From positions 101,184,001 through 101,248,000 of the forward strand of contig NC_090329.1 in the NCBI RefSeq assembly GCF_035084215.1: a stretch of 64,000 bases of DNA, read 5' to 3'. Below the pieces are notes generated by a model, which saw nothing but the letters and a program-made list of their open reading frames with translations, made no database searches and was not told the origin of the DNA. This document shows positions 50,104-62,960 of this stretch, one piece after another. Made by a program: the position numbers and the translations under genes. The DNA comes from Heptranchias perlo (taxonomy: Eukaryota). Numbering within the stretch: position 1 is the stretch's first letter; each line of letters opens with the position of its first letter.

Positions 50104-50897
50104 AGAACAGACTTAATATGGCACAGGATGTGGGCAGCAGAGTTTTGGACAAGCTCAAGGTAGTGTTGGGTGAAGCCCATGAGACCACTGAGGAGGGCAT
50201 TGACGAAATTAAGTCTAGAGATAATAAAAACCTGGATAAGAGTTTCAACATAAGAATAAGAATTGCCTTAAATATGTCCTCAAAATGGAGTCAGTTGTCA
50301 GACTGAATGTTAGGGAAGGACTTATGTTAATTCAACCATGAAGGTTTATACAAACAAAACATTCCTTACCAGGGAAAGAAAACAAGCTATCAAGAAGACA
50401 ACAGGCCCATGGAGGGCTGTTTAAGGGGGACATAAAGATATCCTGCCTTTTCTGGACTTGCATGTGACTCCTTTGTTAACAATGACCTAAGAAGCTTGGG
50501 AGTAAATGAGCTACCTGGCATGTGTCACTCAGATTGGTCAATAGAATTGAGGAGGTTTCCTTGGAAATTAAGGATAAATAACATAGTGTTTTGATGCAGA
50601 AGACCTCAGACTTCAGTTCTAAGTTTTCGGAACTCAGTTCAGTTCTATTTCTTTTAGTGGTACTTGTAGTAGTTTTTGTAGTAGAAGGTGTAGGAGTTCT
50701 TTGTCCAGTATATGGGTGTCTCTCTAAAATCAGAAAGTGCATCTCCAACAGAAAGAGAAAAGTTACAGAGGTTAGGATTGTTTTGCTATACTAGCCAGAT
50801 ACAGGCAGATCTCACTGGAGTGTGTCACGTCGATGTACAAGTTTCTCTGAGACCAAGGGAGCTGAGATTTAAGCCAACTAATTCCAGCTACCAGCAT

Positions 50898-51236
50898 GGA
50901 ATGTTTCCCCTTGTGGGAGAGACTAGAACTAGGGGCCACAGTTTAAAAATAAGGAGTCTCCCATTTAAGATGGAGATGAGGAGAATTTTTTTCTCTCAGA
51001 GGGTCGTGAGTCTGTGGAACTCCCTTCCCCAGAGAGCGGTGGAGGCAGGGTCATTGAATATTTTTAAGGCTGAGTTAGATAGATTTCTGATTAACAAGGG
51101 AGTCAAAGGTTATAGTAGGTAGACAGGAAAGTAGGGTTGAGGTCGCAATCAGATCAGCCCTGATCTTATCAAATGGCAGAGCATGCTCGAGGGGCCGAAT
51201 GGCCTACTCCTGCTCTTATTTCGTATGTTCGTATGA
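50898..51236 (+). mobile_element. CR1 LINE 3' fragment
   Basis: MFPLVGETRTRGHSLKI…WNSLP; tail. Confidence 0.88.
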
Positions 51237-51711
51237 ATGTGAATTTACCCAGGATCAGAGGATGCAGGAAGAATGGATAGCACTTCTACAGATTGAGGTT
51301 CATAACTCTGAAGACTGACGAGACTAACACCAAACTTGTGGAGGAAGATGAGGCAAGCAGTTCATCCACGCCAGCTTATAAGGACGAGGTCATACAAATT
51401 CTGAAAACATTGCCAACTACAAGTATATAGACTTTAATCTATTCCATTGACTAGCTCTCTAATTTTATCAGCTGTCTACAACAATCACAATCTAAAAATT
51501 ACAACAACTTGCATTTATAGTGCACCTTTAAGGTAGTAAAATGTCCCAAGGCACTTGACAGGAGTGTTGTCTGAGCCACAAATTAATCTCACCAATTTAT
51601 ATCAATCTCAACTGTAAATTTATAATCAGCAAGCAGTTAATGCTGAATTACTGAACTAGCTTTGTAACCTCTTATTTATTTTGTCAATTAACCCTGTCTA
51701 CTATTTCTTTG

Positions 51712-52071
51712 ATGTGGAACAAATGTTATCTGTTTTTAATATAATGGGTCATTTGCTGGCTCTCTCTGCCTTCCGGATGTTTCTGCCTCTCTCTGTTTTT
51801 TTTCTCTGTTTTTTTTCCCTGTTTGTTTTTTTATTGAATGTGTATTCGGAGGTTCTGCAGGTAACACCTCTCTGTCTGAACACGGTGATTGCCTTGGCAA
51901 CGGGCAGTTGCAGGGGCAGTCTGTAAACACCATTTATTATTGTTCAATATGTATAAATGCGTAGGCTTCAAGGAGATCTTGAAACATTTGCCTGAGGAAG
52001 GAGAAAATCTCCGAAAGCTTGTGAATTTAAAATAAAATTGCTGGACTATAACTTGGTGTTGTAAAATTGTT
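51712..52071 (+). mobile_element. Penelope-like family 1 terminal repeat with hammerhead
   Basis: 13-bp TSD tactatttctttg at 51699-51711 and 52072-52084; 3' part matches 36932-36986. Confidence 0.82.
51986..52026 (+). ncRNA. Minimal type I hammerhead ribozyme
   Basis: Stem I ATTTGC/GTGAAT; core CTGAGGA 51992-51998; stem II GGAGA-AAA-TCTCC; GAAA 52013-52016; palindromic AGCT in place of stem III. Confidence 0.78.
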
Positions 52072-52269
52072 TACTATTTCTTTGTATATCCAATGTTTAA
52101 ATTCAAGTGCTGCTAACGATGATTCTAAGGTTAATAAACAATTGTTAGTTCATGATTTTGTTGTCTGATTTCTTTGATAATTTGCTTGTCGAGTGCTGAA
52201 ATTACAGGACTAATTGCTTTTATTTTGATACAACTTGCCCAATACCATTTTGCACCACTGCCCTGTCTG

Positions 52270-52880
52270 TCTGGTGAGCGCGCGATGTTGGAGCATGCGC
52301 GGATGGTGCGATGATGGTTGAGTGACAGGTGCAATCGCATGCGCAGTGCGAATGATATCTGCGGGCGGGCGGACGGACAGTGATGGAGAAGCGCTGAAGG
52401 ACGGAGTGAGGAAATAGGCGCTTGTCGGGCCGCCTTTCGGTTACGAGGCACAGTAATACCGACAGGAACAGCGAAAGGTTATCAGGTACTGTCGGTGTCA
52501 GATTGTTCGCGATATTTGCCGTTAGTGACATTCACCCGACGTTGTTGGCCGGTGGTTCGGTTGGAACAGGGGTCGGTTGTGTGTGTGTGTGTGTGTGTGT
52601 GAGAGTCTCGTCTCCTGGGAGAGCGCGAGCACGAGCACGAGCTGGCGGGAGCGAGCGAGCACGAGCTGGCGGGAGCGAGCGAGAGCGAGAGACAGGCAGG
52701 CAGGCGGGCGGGGAGACACTGACCTTGCAGCGAATGTGCAGCAAGGAGCTATTATTACACTCGAGGTAAGAGCGATAGAATACAATAGAATCGCTCGCAT
52801 AGTACCTTGACCGTAACGCCAAGGAAAACCGTACATAGCGGGGTTCTCATCGTTTGGTATCCATTGCAGTCGGCGTGGAG
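52270..52880 (+). promoter_or_regulatory. CpG-island promoter and first exon(s) of an unidentified gene, divergent from TTK
   Basis: CpG-rich; NRF1-type GCATGCGC at 52293 and CGCATGCGCA at 52336; donors CAG|gtactg (52485) and GAG|gtaaga (52765). Confidence 0.7.
52578..52712. repeat. (TG)12 followed by GC-rich tandem units (24-nt gagcacgagctggcgggagcgagc x2, CAGG repeats)
   Basis: Direct read. Confidence 0.88.
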
Positions 52881-55339
52881 TTGTATTAAGTGATTGGTTT
52901 GGAGCGAGTGCAGTTTTTATACGATGCAATTAATGAGGTTGATCAGATGGAGGAGGATTTGGATTAAGCCATGGTCTGCTTGTGGTTGCAGAACAGTTGC
53001 GGAATTAAATATTTTTTTTCTCAATTTTTAAAAAAAAATTTGTGTATGTTTCGAGATGGGTTTCCTTACCATATGTTCACGTATTCATTTGATGTTCATT
53101 TGATCTGTTCACTTGTATCACTAATGAATGTTTCCAGAAACCCAAGACCGAGACAATGCAGTGGGATGACATGGAGCTTACTTGCTGACATTGTTTTGGG
53201 AGAGGGAAGGAAGAGTTGCAGGAACCACAACCGCTATTTTCGTTCGTTTGTTTTTGGTTGTTGTTTTACCCTTTTTTTTGTATAAAGAAAATAAATGGTG
53301 ACTCCAGCAATTTTTAGCAAAGATTTTTTTTGTGATTATTTTGGAGCTATGTGTTTATTTCAAACAAGCTGCGTGCAGGAATAGAGATAGCATAATATCA
53401 ACCGTTATTCTGATTTTTATACTGGTTAATAATATTTCGATTGGTTGTTTAGCATTTAGAAATCAATCTTCACATTTCGTCCAGGTAAATTCGATCTTTC
53501 AGGAAAAAAATCGATATTTTTCATTATGCACCTAGTAATGACTAAGGGGATTTGTTTTTATTACGCTGAGATTATTTTGAATGTGTCAGTTTCCAAGAGT
53601 TCACCAGTGAGAGAAATCTATAATATTCTTTAACATCATGCATTGATATGGGTCAAAAAACATGATTTACTGTTAGCAAATCTTGTTAAAAGACATGTAT
53701 GGGTCCAGCGCATATGTAGCAAGGAAGAATACAGCTCAGAACATTTGATCTGCCCAGAAAAAAGTTATTCACTCAAAATATATGTGTATAGGTTCCCTAG
53801 GAAACACTTACGGAAAAATTAGCATTTATTCATATTGATTGAGTGTAATTTATTTTGAGATAATGGGACAATACAAAATTATATACAATTCAGAAATAGC
53901 CCTCCTTCTAAATTTGTGTACAACATTTAATAATCATTGCTATTATCACTTAGAATAGAAATGAATCAAATTAGACATCCTTTCAATATAATATCCAGTA
54001 GTATAATAAAAACAGATCAGTGCAGTATTAATAATATGCCATCAACTTACACTAGTAAATTACAAAAATAATACAAATTATGTAAAAGCTGTTTCAGGAA
54101 CAAAATTTTTAACATGCTAGCTTGGTAGGATAGCAGGCATTTTTGTTCCCTTTCCTCTTTTCGACCCACAGTCTTCTGGATATAGTGACTCATGCTGCAG
54201 CATAATTCCACAGGCACTGGCAAACCTGTTGTCTAGTCTCTCAGAAGAATGGAGAAATTACAACAATAGCTTGCATTTATATAGCATATTTAACACAGAA
54301 AAACATCCCAAGGTGCTTTACAAAAGCATTATCAGACAAAAATGGATACTGAGCCAAAGAAGGAGATATTATGGGGGGGTGACATAGCTTGGCTAAAGGA
54401 CAGTCAGTAACTGTTGGCAGGCCATTCACCATGTAAGGCATTGTAGCAAGTCTGGTTTTATTCTGACCTGGCATCTCTACTTTCCAGCTGATGGTCCCTG
54501 TTTAATAATTAGAATTGAGAATCCTTGCAGTGAGTCCAGGATGCCTGAGGTCAATTTTAGTGTGTCACTGCCACCTTGGCTGAGGTCAGTTAACTCAACA
54601 CAGTTAAGGGACCGCACTTGTAATATTCTAGCTTTGTAAAACTAAGTAGAACACTGACATATTATCCATGGAGCCACAGGGAAGCACTGAAATTTATTTA
54701 TTTGAATTTTGTAAATTAGTGCAAATCGCAATATTGACAACATTTGAGGATTCAACGGGAGAAGGTGAGGATTTTTTTTAACTTGAGGGTGAAACTGCTT
54801 GTTAAGGTTTCTGTTTCTTTACTTGAGCCTCCTTTCACCATGTTCCAACCATAGTTGGGAGTCAAGTATCACATTGTGGAAGTTGTTACAATGGAGTCAT
54901 ATCTGTTAGGAGATGTCCAAATAATTTGAATTGCAACCTTTTTATAGCTGAGAGAGATTGGAGACTGAATTTTAATTGGAAGCAAAAGGACAATGTTCTG
55001 TTTTACTGCACCTTCTAATCCTCATAATTAAATGGTATTTTAAAGCAAAGGTCTTATGATTTTAGGTAGGACATGGAGTTGACCATGTAACATTAATTTG
55101 AGGTTGTCGACATGTGGCGAAGTAATTTTGAAAGCTTCCAATTTAAAGAATTAATGTCACCATTAATGCTCCTTTTAAAATAGTTGTGAAGAATTCTGTA
55201 AAACATTGTTTTGATCTTTTTTAAATTTTAAGCTAAGATTTGATTACACAACAGGAAACTTTGAGGAACCAAATGAATAAATAAACGTTTTCATATTACG
55301 TGATCCTTGAAATTGTAGCATGGTTGCCTGAGTATGGGG

Positions 55340-55545
55340 AACATAAGAACAGGAGTAGGCCATACGGCGCCTCGAGCCTGCTCCGCCATCCAGTAAGATC
55401 ATGGCTGATCTTCAACCTCAACTCCGCTTTCCCGCCCGATCCCCATATCCGTTGATTCCCTTGAATATACTCAATGACTCAGCATCCACAGACCTCTGGG
55501 GTAGGGAATTCCAAAGATTCACAACCGTCTGAATGAAATTCCAAA
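55340..55545 (-). mobile_element. CR1 3' UTR fragment
   Basis: gaacataagaacaggagtaggccatacgg… tail. Confidence 0.8.
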
Positions 55546-56099
55546 GATTGCCATCTCTCCGAGTGAAATCTGGGGATGTGGGAATCCGTTGCCTGTTGAT
55601 ACTTCTCCAGGGTCTATTTTGAGGACTTCTGTTTTTTACTTATTCTGAAAGCATTCTTATTATGTCACCTAATATTTGAACAAGAAAATTTTCACGTGTG
55701 CATATACATACCTGAACCCACTCACTCTGAGTTAATGACTGTTTAGGGGCTGTTACCCAGCTCCCCGCTCAGAGCCAGTAACTATTAAAGAACAATTGTC
55801 CACTTCCATATCATTTAGACATCACTGTTGCAGCAATATAATTGAATATTGACTAATCTAGTTTATACTCACTTTATTATACGTAAAAAGCTGTTGCTTA
55901 TTGTGGAGGAGACTAAATTAAGTAGAATGAGATGGGCATATGTTATTTAAAATTGGTCTTGGAATGCTCAATTAAAATGAAAACATCAAAATGAATCAAA
56001 AGTCTGATTTATTATGTTAATGATGGATGATTCCAACAAATACATTTGTGCAGTACATGCTGAACTGTTCAGAGAACACAAAGGTTCCCCTTCCTATTG

Positions 56100-56470
56100 A
56101 CTTTATCCAGTGAGCAGCTGAGTCATACCGACCTGAAAATTCAATCCCTACTCTGTGCTGAGTTAGTTGATATTAGTAGGATGATGGTAGGGGCACCAGA
56201 ATTGACATTAATGCCCATTGGTTAGGGAGAAGAAAGTCAGTCATTGATGTTGTTTCTGATTGCTATCAAGTGACCTTGCTGGAACTGTTTTTATGGGTGG
56301 AAAATTAGGGCAGGTTTGGGCTCAACTGTGATGGCTTTCTTGGTTGAATAGCCTGTCATAGTCAAAGCTTGATATGAATAACAATCACATGGGCTGGTAC
56401 TGGAGGGTACCCAGCTCTGTAAACCATACCCTAAGGATGATTCCCAGCCTGTGGAAGAGGAGAATAATTG
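56100..56470 (+). mobile_element. Ancient SINE, DeuSINE-like; partial inverted copy at ~54140-54680
   Basis: Motifs ctgtgctgagttag.tgat, tgattgctatcaagtgacc and ggttgaatagcctg recalled from Deu-domain SINEs; not aligned computationally. Confidence 0.5.
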
Positions 56471-56542
56471 GTGGAAAAATATTTTAAAAAGCGCAAAACA
56501 TTAATGAAAGATGAAGCTGCAATTATATTTGAGATGCTATAA

Positions 56543-56561
56543 TGTGTGTGTGTGTGTGTGT
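56543..56561. repeat. (TG)n microsatellite
   Basis: Direct read. Confidence 0.85.
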
Positions 56562-57669
56562 AGTATGTATGTACAATAGAAATTTTATTTCAATGGAATT
56601 GACTGCAGCTAATTTTCACATAGGTAACAGGCATGGAATAACAAGTTTGAAAATAAATTGCTTACAATTTGATTGCATTTAATAATCAGACTTACTATTT
56701 CTGTGAATATCGATGTTAAATTCTCATACCTACAACCATTTTGGCAGCCTGATAGTTAAAGGCGTTCAGATGGTTTTGTTTCATGCCCTTGAATAATGGG
56801 ATGGGTGGAGAGATAGAATAACTGGTTTTTCAGTGCACACAGTCATGTAATGAACTCATCTCCCACCTCAATTACACAGTTCTTATTCTGTCTCTTCATT
56901 GTATGAAAGACAATAGTCTCATACTTTTCTTTTTAATATTCTTTCTCATTATTTGGTATATGGGCTCAAATTTTATACCATATAATATTTGAAATTGGAG
57001 TATAGCAAAGCTTATCACTAGTTTCTTAACTACAGGCAGCCAGTTCTTTTCACCTGCCCCCACCCCCACCAACTTAACTGCTATTTTTTTTCATGTAAGA
57101 ACCCATTATCCTAATGGGGTTTTTGCTCCTTCCTTTGTGCCCTGTTTGAGGCAAATGGGGTCAGGAGATCAAAAAACCTACATTGTACTTTCACCTCTGA
57201 CACAGCTTGACTTGACCGTTTTTCTGTGGTGGCTATCTTTAATTATAAAGGAATGATATGTTCTGAAATGTCGATCAAAATGAAAGAGGTTGAACTTCAG
57301 GATCTTGATTGATATTCTACACCAAACTTTAATTGCATCATGTACATTTCTTGTTTCCATGCATGATCACTAGCTGAAGCCAATATCTGCAGCAGATACA
57401 ACCTCTTTTGTATGTCTCATCTTAAACTATAAAGAGTTTTTAAGCAAACTTCTTGAACTCATTTTATTCTGTTGGTAAATCCTTGACTCATAGACAAAAA
57501 AAATTACTTGAATCACAAAGGAGTGAGTTACTTGTTCAGAGAAGATTTCTTAGCATTATAATTCTGTAGCAATGCCTGATGTTTCTGTAGTGTACATTCT
57601 TCACTATAACTCTAACTTGGTTGAAATGTGTTAAGTTGCTTCTTTTAGTTCCTTTGACCCCCTGATAAA

Positions 57670-59636
57670 CTAGAAGTAGAAATAGAACAGCAGTGGGTAA
57701 TATTTAAAATGGTGATCAATGGAATTCAGGAGAAATATATTCCTCTTAAAAAGCAAGAATAAACTAGCTAATAATGAAACACCATGGATGAATAAAGAGA
57801 TAAGGGTAAAATTGAAACTAAAGAAAAGGGCGTACTCTATGTACATAGACAATAAAGGAGAGGATGACAGGTTAGGAAAGAAGTCAAAAAAACAATTAGG
57901 AAAACAAAGAGGAACTACGAGATGAAATGATCAAGAAATATGAAAAGAAATAGTAAAGTATTCTATAGACACAAATAACACAAGAAAATTCAGAATAGGG
58001 ATGGGGCCACTAAGGGATGCACAAGATAAGCTCGCAGGTAATGACAGCAAAATGGCAGAAATATTGAATAGTTACTTTGCCTCCATATTTACCAGGGAGA
58101 CTTAGAAGGTGAGCAGGACATTAGAAGAAGAAATCAAAAAAGATATTAAAACGTTTAAGATGGAAAGGGGGAGATAATTGACAAACTAATCAAACTTAGA
58201 GAGGATGGATTGCATCCGTGAATATTGAAGTTAGGGAGGAGATAGCAGAGGCACTATTGCATGAATATATAAAAATTCACTAGAAAAGAGAATAGTGCCA
58301 GAGGATGGGCGGACAGTTAATGTTATTCCTTTGTTTTTAAAAGGGGAGATAGAACAAGTCCAGTGAACTATAGACCAGTTAGCTTAACGTCGGTGGTGGA
58401 AAAGATAAGACTTCGAGAGAATGAAAGTATAATAAAGAATAGTCAGCAATACTTTGGGGGCATGTAGTTAGTACAGAGGAAGAATGCGTCACAATGCAAG
58501 AGGACATTAATAAACTTGCAGAATGGGCGTGTAATTGGTAAATGAATTTCAGTGTAGATAAGTGTGAGGTGGTGCATTTTGGTAGGAAGAATAAGGAGGC
58601 CACATACTGCTCGGATAATAGTCTAATCAGGATAGGGGAGCAAAGGGATCTGGGGTACAGATACACAAATCACTAAAAGTAGCGACGCAGGTTAATAAGG
58701 CCATAAAAAAGGCAAATCAAGCACTAGGGTTCATTTCTAGAGGGATAGAATTGAAAAGCAAAGAAGTTAAGTTAAACTATAGAACCTTGGTTAGACCACA
58801 CTTGGAGTACTGTGCACAGTGTTAATTGTATCCATATGACTTATATCAATTAGTGGGAATTGTATTTAGGTGGTGCGTATCAATTGGGGACTCTCTTGTA
58901 GCCATTTAAATGAGAGCTTATCTAAGATGTGGTGTGTAATGTGGAGCTCTGTGAATAAAGACATGGAAGCAACTGAAGACCAGGTTCTAGTATTCTATCC
59001 TTCACCATCAGGCTATCCAATTTATTACGGTGACTGTTCCCCAGAAAACAAGCTTCAAGTTGCAAGTTTTGTTTAAAGAAAAAAAAAAATTAAGCTTTAT
59101 ATGTACAATACAAACAAAAATTTCAAAAATCAAAAACTTCTATACTCTGTGCACACAGTTCTGGTCTCCACATTATAGAAGGTGCAAAAAAAGATTCACA
59201 AGGATGATACTGGAACTGAAAGGATCTACTTATCAGAAAAGGCTGAACAGGCTGGGGCTCTTTTCTCTGGATAGAGGCCTATAAGGTAATAGGGCTTGAT
59301 AGGGTAAACATAGAGAAAATGTTTCCACTTGTGGGGGAGTCCAAAACTAGAGGTCATAAATATAAAATAGTCACTAATAAATCCAATAGGAAATTCAGGA
59401 GAAACTTCTTTGTCCAAAGAATGGTAAGAATTTGTAACATGCTACCACAAGGAGTAGTTGAGGCAAATAGCATAGATGTATTTAAGGAGAAGCTAGATAA
59501 GCATGAGGGAGAAAGGAATAGATGGGTATCCTGATAGTTAGATGAAGTATGGAGGGAGGAGGCTCGTGTGGAGCATTTACAGTGGCATAGACCATTTGGG
59601 CCAAATGACCTGTTTCTGTGCTGTAGTCTCGATGTA
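57670..59636 (+). mobile_element. Degenerate, internally deleted CR1 LINE interrupted at ~58820-59150
   Basis: PWMNKEIR, NYRPVSLT, LVRPHLEYC and MFPLVGESKTRGH remnants. Confidence 0.85.
58820..59029 (+). mobile_element. Possible short solo LTR
   Basis: Starts TGTTAAT exactly at the CR1 break; AATAAA at 58954; 3' CA and TSD not clean. Confidence 0.45.
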
Positions 59637-59769
59637 AGAAGTTTTTTGGAATATGATTTTATTTTAATGTTATCACTAAAGTCTCTGTTTTAATTTGAGG
59701 CCATTTATTTGCATCCTTGACATCTCTGTTAGGCCCTCGATACTCACCAGCTTAAAACAAAATTTAGTA

Positions 59770-60030
59770 GCGGGGGATTGGTGCTACATTATCATTTCAC
59801 CTCTGGGACCATGATTCATATCCTGTCGAGATTGATGAGATGAAAGTCTCTTGTCTGTTGACTTCTACGTAAAATGTGTTTGAACAGTCTTAGGTTCCTA
59901 ATAAACGTCAGCCCACTCCAGTGGTGGAGTTACAGCATAAAACTGTCTTGCAATTTAGCACTAATTAAAAGCCTCAATCATAGAGATGACAGAATGACCT
60001 CTGTGTGTGTACTGTGGCTATCAATAAAGA
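59770..60030 (+). mobile_element. Ancient SINE, LF-SINE-like
   Basis: tttcacctctgggacc, gaaagtc, gtaaaatg.gtt, gttccta and caatttagcactaatt occur in the order recalled for LF-SINE. Confidence 0.5.
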
Positions 60031-61049
60031 ATCTGAAAGATAGTATTAAAAAGACAAAAATGCTTCATTTCTATTACAGCAAACCTTGCTACAAAATGCT
60101 ATTTGGGTTCTAAGCAGAACAATATAGTGAGGATTTATATACAGTATATCCAAATTACAGGGTATCATTGACTCAACTGTAGACAAGTACTGATTTATTT
60201 TTGCTAATTTAACACTTTCTGTTCTTATGCGTATCAGATACGCAGAGTATAACCAGGATTTCCCATTTTAAATGTTAGTTAAAAATATATTGTAATTTAA
60301 TTGTTCACAGCGTTGGTTATTGTCCTTCAGAAGGATATTGTAGTTATCTCACATAGGAAAAAAATACAAAGAAAATTTGTCAAGGTGGTGTTTCCTCCCT
60401 CTTTCCCGTGTTCACTTCCAGGCCTCTTATAATATGCATGGGCATCTTAAAATAGTGGAAATCTAATAGCTACGTGCACTTGCAACATTCCCACAATTTT
60501 GAGGACATTTGAAGGCGTCTGATGGGATGATGAAACAGAAAGTGGTTTCAAATTGGAATAAGCAAAAACTTAGTGGTGATCATTCTACTAAATAGTAAAT
60601 TAATGAGATGCTCATGAAAATCTTATTTAGGTATTCCCAGCTCTTCAGTTAGTACAGTATTTGTATAGAAGGAAGCATGTAGAAATATGTTTCAAATTTA
60701 GATTACTTGGCTAGAAAATGTCAAAAGCTGAGTGACCTGATATGGTAGGTACAACTTTGTTATGGAATTACAGATAGAGGAACCAAGTTGAATTCCAGTT
60801 TTGATGGGTATTCGCATGAGTATCCTCTAGGGAATAAGTGTCCACCTGAGCTGCCTGTTTGAGGAATTGAAACTGGCCAGGGTGCCTCTTTGCAAGCATA
60901 GCACCTGGTTATTTGACCAGCACACCACTTAGCAAGCATACCGCCATGGAGCAGCATTGATGATCTATAGGGACATTCCAGAAATAAGAGAAAAAAATTG
61001 AAGTGTGAGAAAGACAATTTGGCAATTGAAGCTCATTCCTCTCGTGTAA

Positions 61050-62370
61050 CCTTGTCACATAGAATCCAGCTATATTTTGAATGCCCAGTGCTTTTGCTTG
61101 AACTACTCTGCCTGGTAGATTATTCTAAACGTTATCACTGTTTTGAGTAAAGATGGTCCTCCTAATTAGCTGTCCTCCTAATTAGCTGTCTTAAATTTAT
61201 ATTCCACTAATTTCCATTTTGGTCCTATATTCCTTGCTCAATTTGAATAATTGGGGTTACCTTATCCGTGCTATTTCATATTTTATGTACTTTGATTACC
61301 TTAACTGCCTTTCCAGACTGTAAAGCTCAAGCTTCTCCAATCCTTCCTTCAAGCTCATCCCCTTTATACTTGAGATCAGTCTTGTCCTTTACTGTATCCT
61401 TTCTAATGCGTGTATCATCATTGTGGTAAGGTGATTAAAATTGAACACATGGTATGAGCAGTGCATTATAAAACCTCATAATTCCTGTAGTTTTCTGGTG
61501 TGAATTCTATTAGATTTTTAAAATTACTTCCACGTTGTCCGGACATTGAAAATAATGTTTACTATTACTCCTTTTCTAAATCTCACTATACTAATTCAAT
61601 TCTACTTGTTCTATAATTATGATTCATGATTTCTGATAAACAATACTTTGTGTTTACCAGTGTGAAAATTTCATCTGCTCAATTGCATAAACAAACTAGA
61701 TCCATTCGCAAATCTCTTGGTGCATTCTCTGTCTCTACTGCTCTTTATCCAGGTGATTAACTTACATTGGAAGTAACACAGATCCAAGTATTGCTTCCAT
61801 CAAACCTTTCTTCTCCCCCCTCAAGTCTGACATTATACCTTTCTCTTGAGTCATCTTAGCTATTTATTTTAATGAGCTTTGCATCCAGTCTTGTGCTTTT
61901 CTGAATTCCTGTGGCTTTTAGTTTAATTAGAAATTCAGTGTTGCCAGCATTGTTTTGTTGACTTTCTTTATTTGTCTTGCACTATTGGGTATATGGGTTG
62001 ATTCATAGAGATGGAGGGGGAGAGATTTCAAATTGGCTAAATCATGGAGTGCCACCATGTGTCATCGACATCCCCAAAGAAGTCAGAAGTTTGTTAGGCA
62101 GGATCTTTCCTTTCTAAATCCATGCCGACTGTTTCTTATTAAGTATTTGCTATACAGGTACTCTCCTAGCCTACCCTTAGGTTGGATTCCATTATTTTAC
62201 CTGTATTTGATAATCTGTAGTTGCTTGGGTCAAATTTGTTACCCTTTTTAAATACCTTTGCTTGCTTCCAGTCTTGTGGAGCCTTACCAGTACCCAATGA
62301 TTCCTCATTGATGATAGCTAGTGTCCCACAAATTTACTCCCTAGTCTCCTTTAGCATCCTAGGATACATG
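61050..62370 (-). mobile_element. Old degenerate CR1-type LINE
   Basis: Minus strand reads RHGFRKGRSCLTNF and ILGCLKE remnants. Confidence 0.65.
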
Positions 62371-62479
62371 CCAGGAGTACCTGTTCCAAGTTGACGTTAA
62401 AATTCTCTAGTGCATTAGGTGTGTTACAGATATTGGATAGCAAATTAGTATTATTGTGTGCCATTTCCAACCAGCAACA

Positions 62480-62960
62480 GGTTACATTTATAACAGAAAA
62501 ACATCCTAATGTGCTTCACAGAGGAGGGAAAAACAGATGCTGAGCGTTTGTTGGATAGTTGATTGGAGATACAGGTATTGAATAAATCTTTTCAAGACCG
62601 AGAGGGATGTAGAAAGGCAGAGATCTAGGAAGGAAGTTCTAGATAGTAATGCTGAGATGGCTGAAGATTCTACCACCTGTTGTGAAATGGAAAGGTGAGG
62701 GTGGGTGCATGAGGCAAAAGTGAGATGACTGGAGGGTATGTGAGGGAATATAAATCTGGAGAAGGTTGTGGAGGAATTTATAGATGAGGATGAGGATTTT
62801 AAATTCAATGTATTGGGGAAGCAAGGAGCCAGTGTAGGTTGGTTGAGATGATGGGCAAACTGGACTTAGTGCAGGAGAGAATGTGGATGGCAGAGTTTTG
62901 CTGAATTTGGAGTTTGGGAACATGACCAGAACAGCATTGGAGAAATCGAGTTTGACATAG
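62480..62960 (-). mobile_element. Degenerate L2-type LINE 3' fragment
   Basis: TNLHWL and IEFKILILIYKFLH in ORFs 62805-63029 and 62639-62965. Confidence 0.7.

Noticed and set aside
52131-52929. Several overlapping ORFs with ARARA/THTHT runs
   Set aside because: Products of CpG-island composition and simple repeats.
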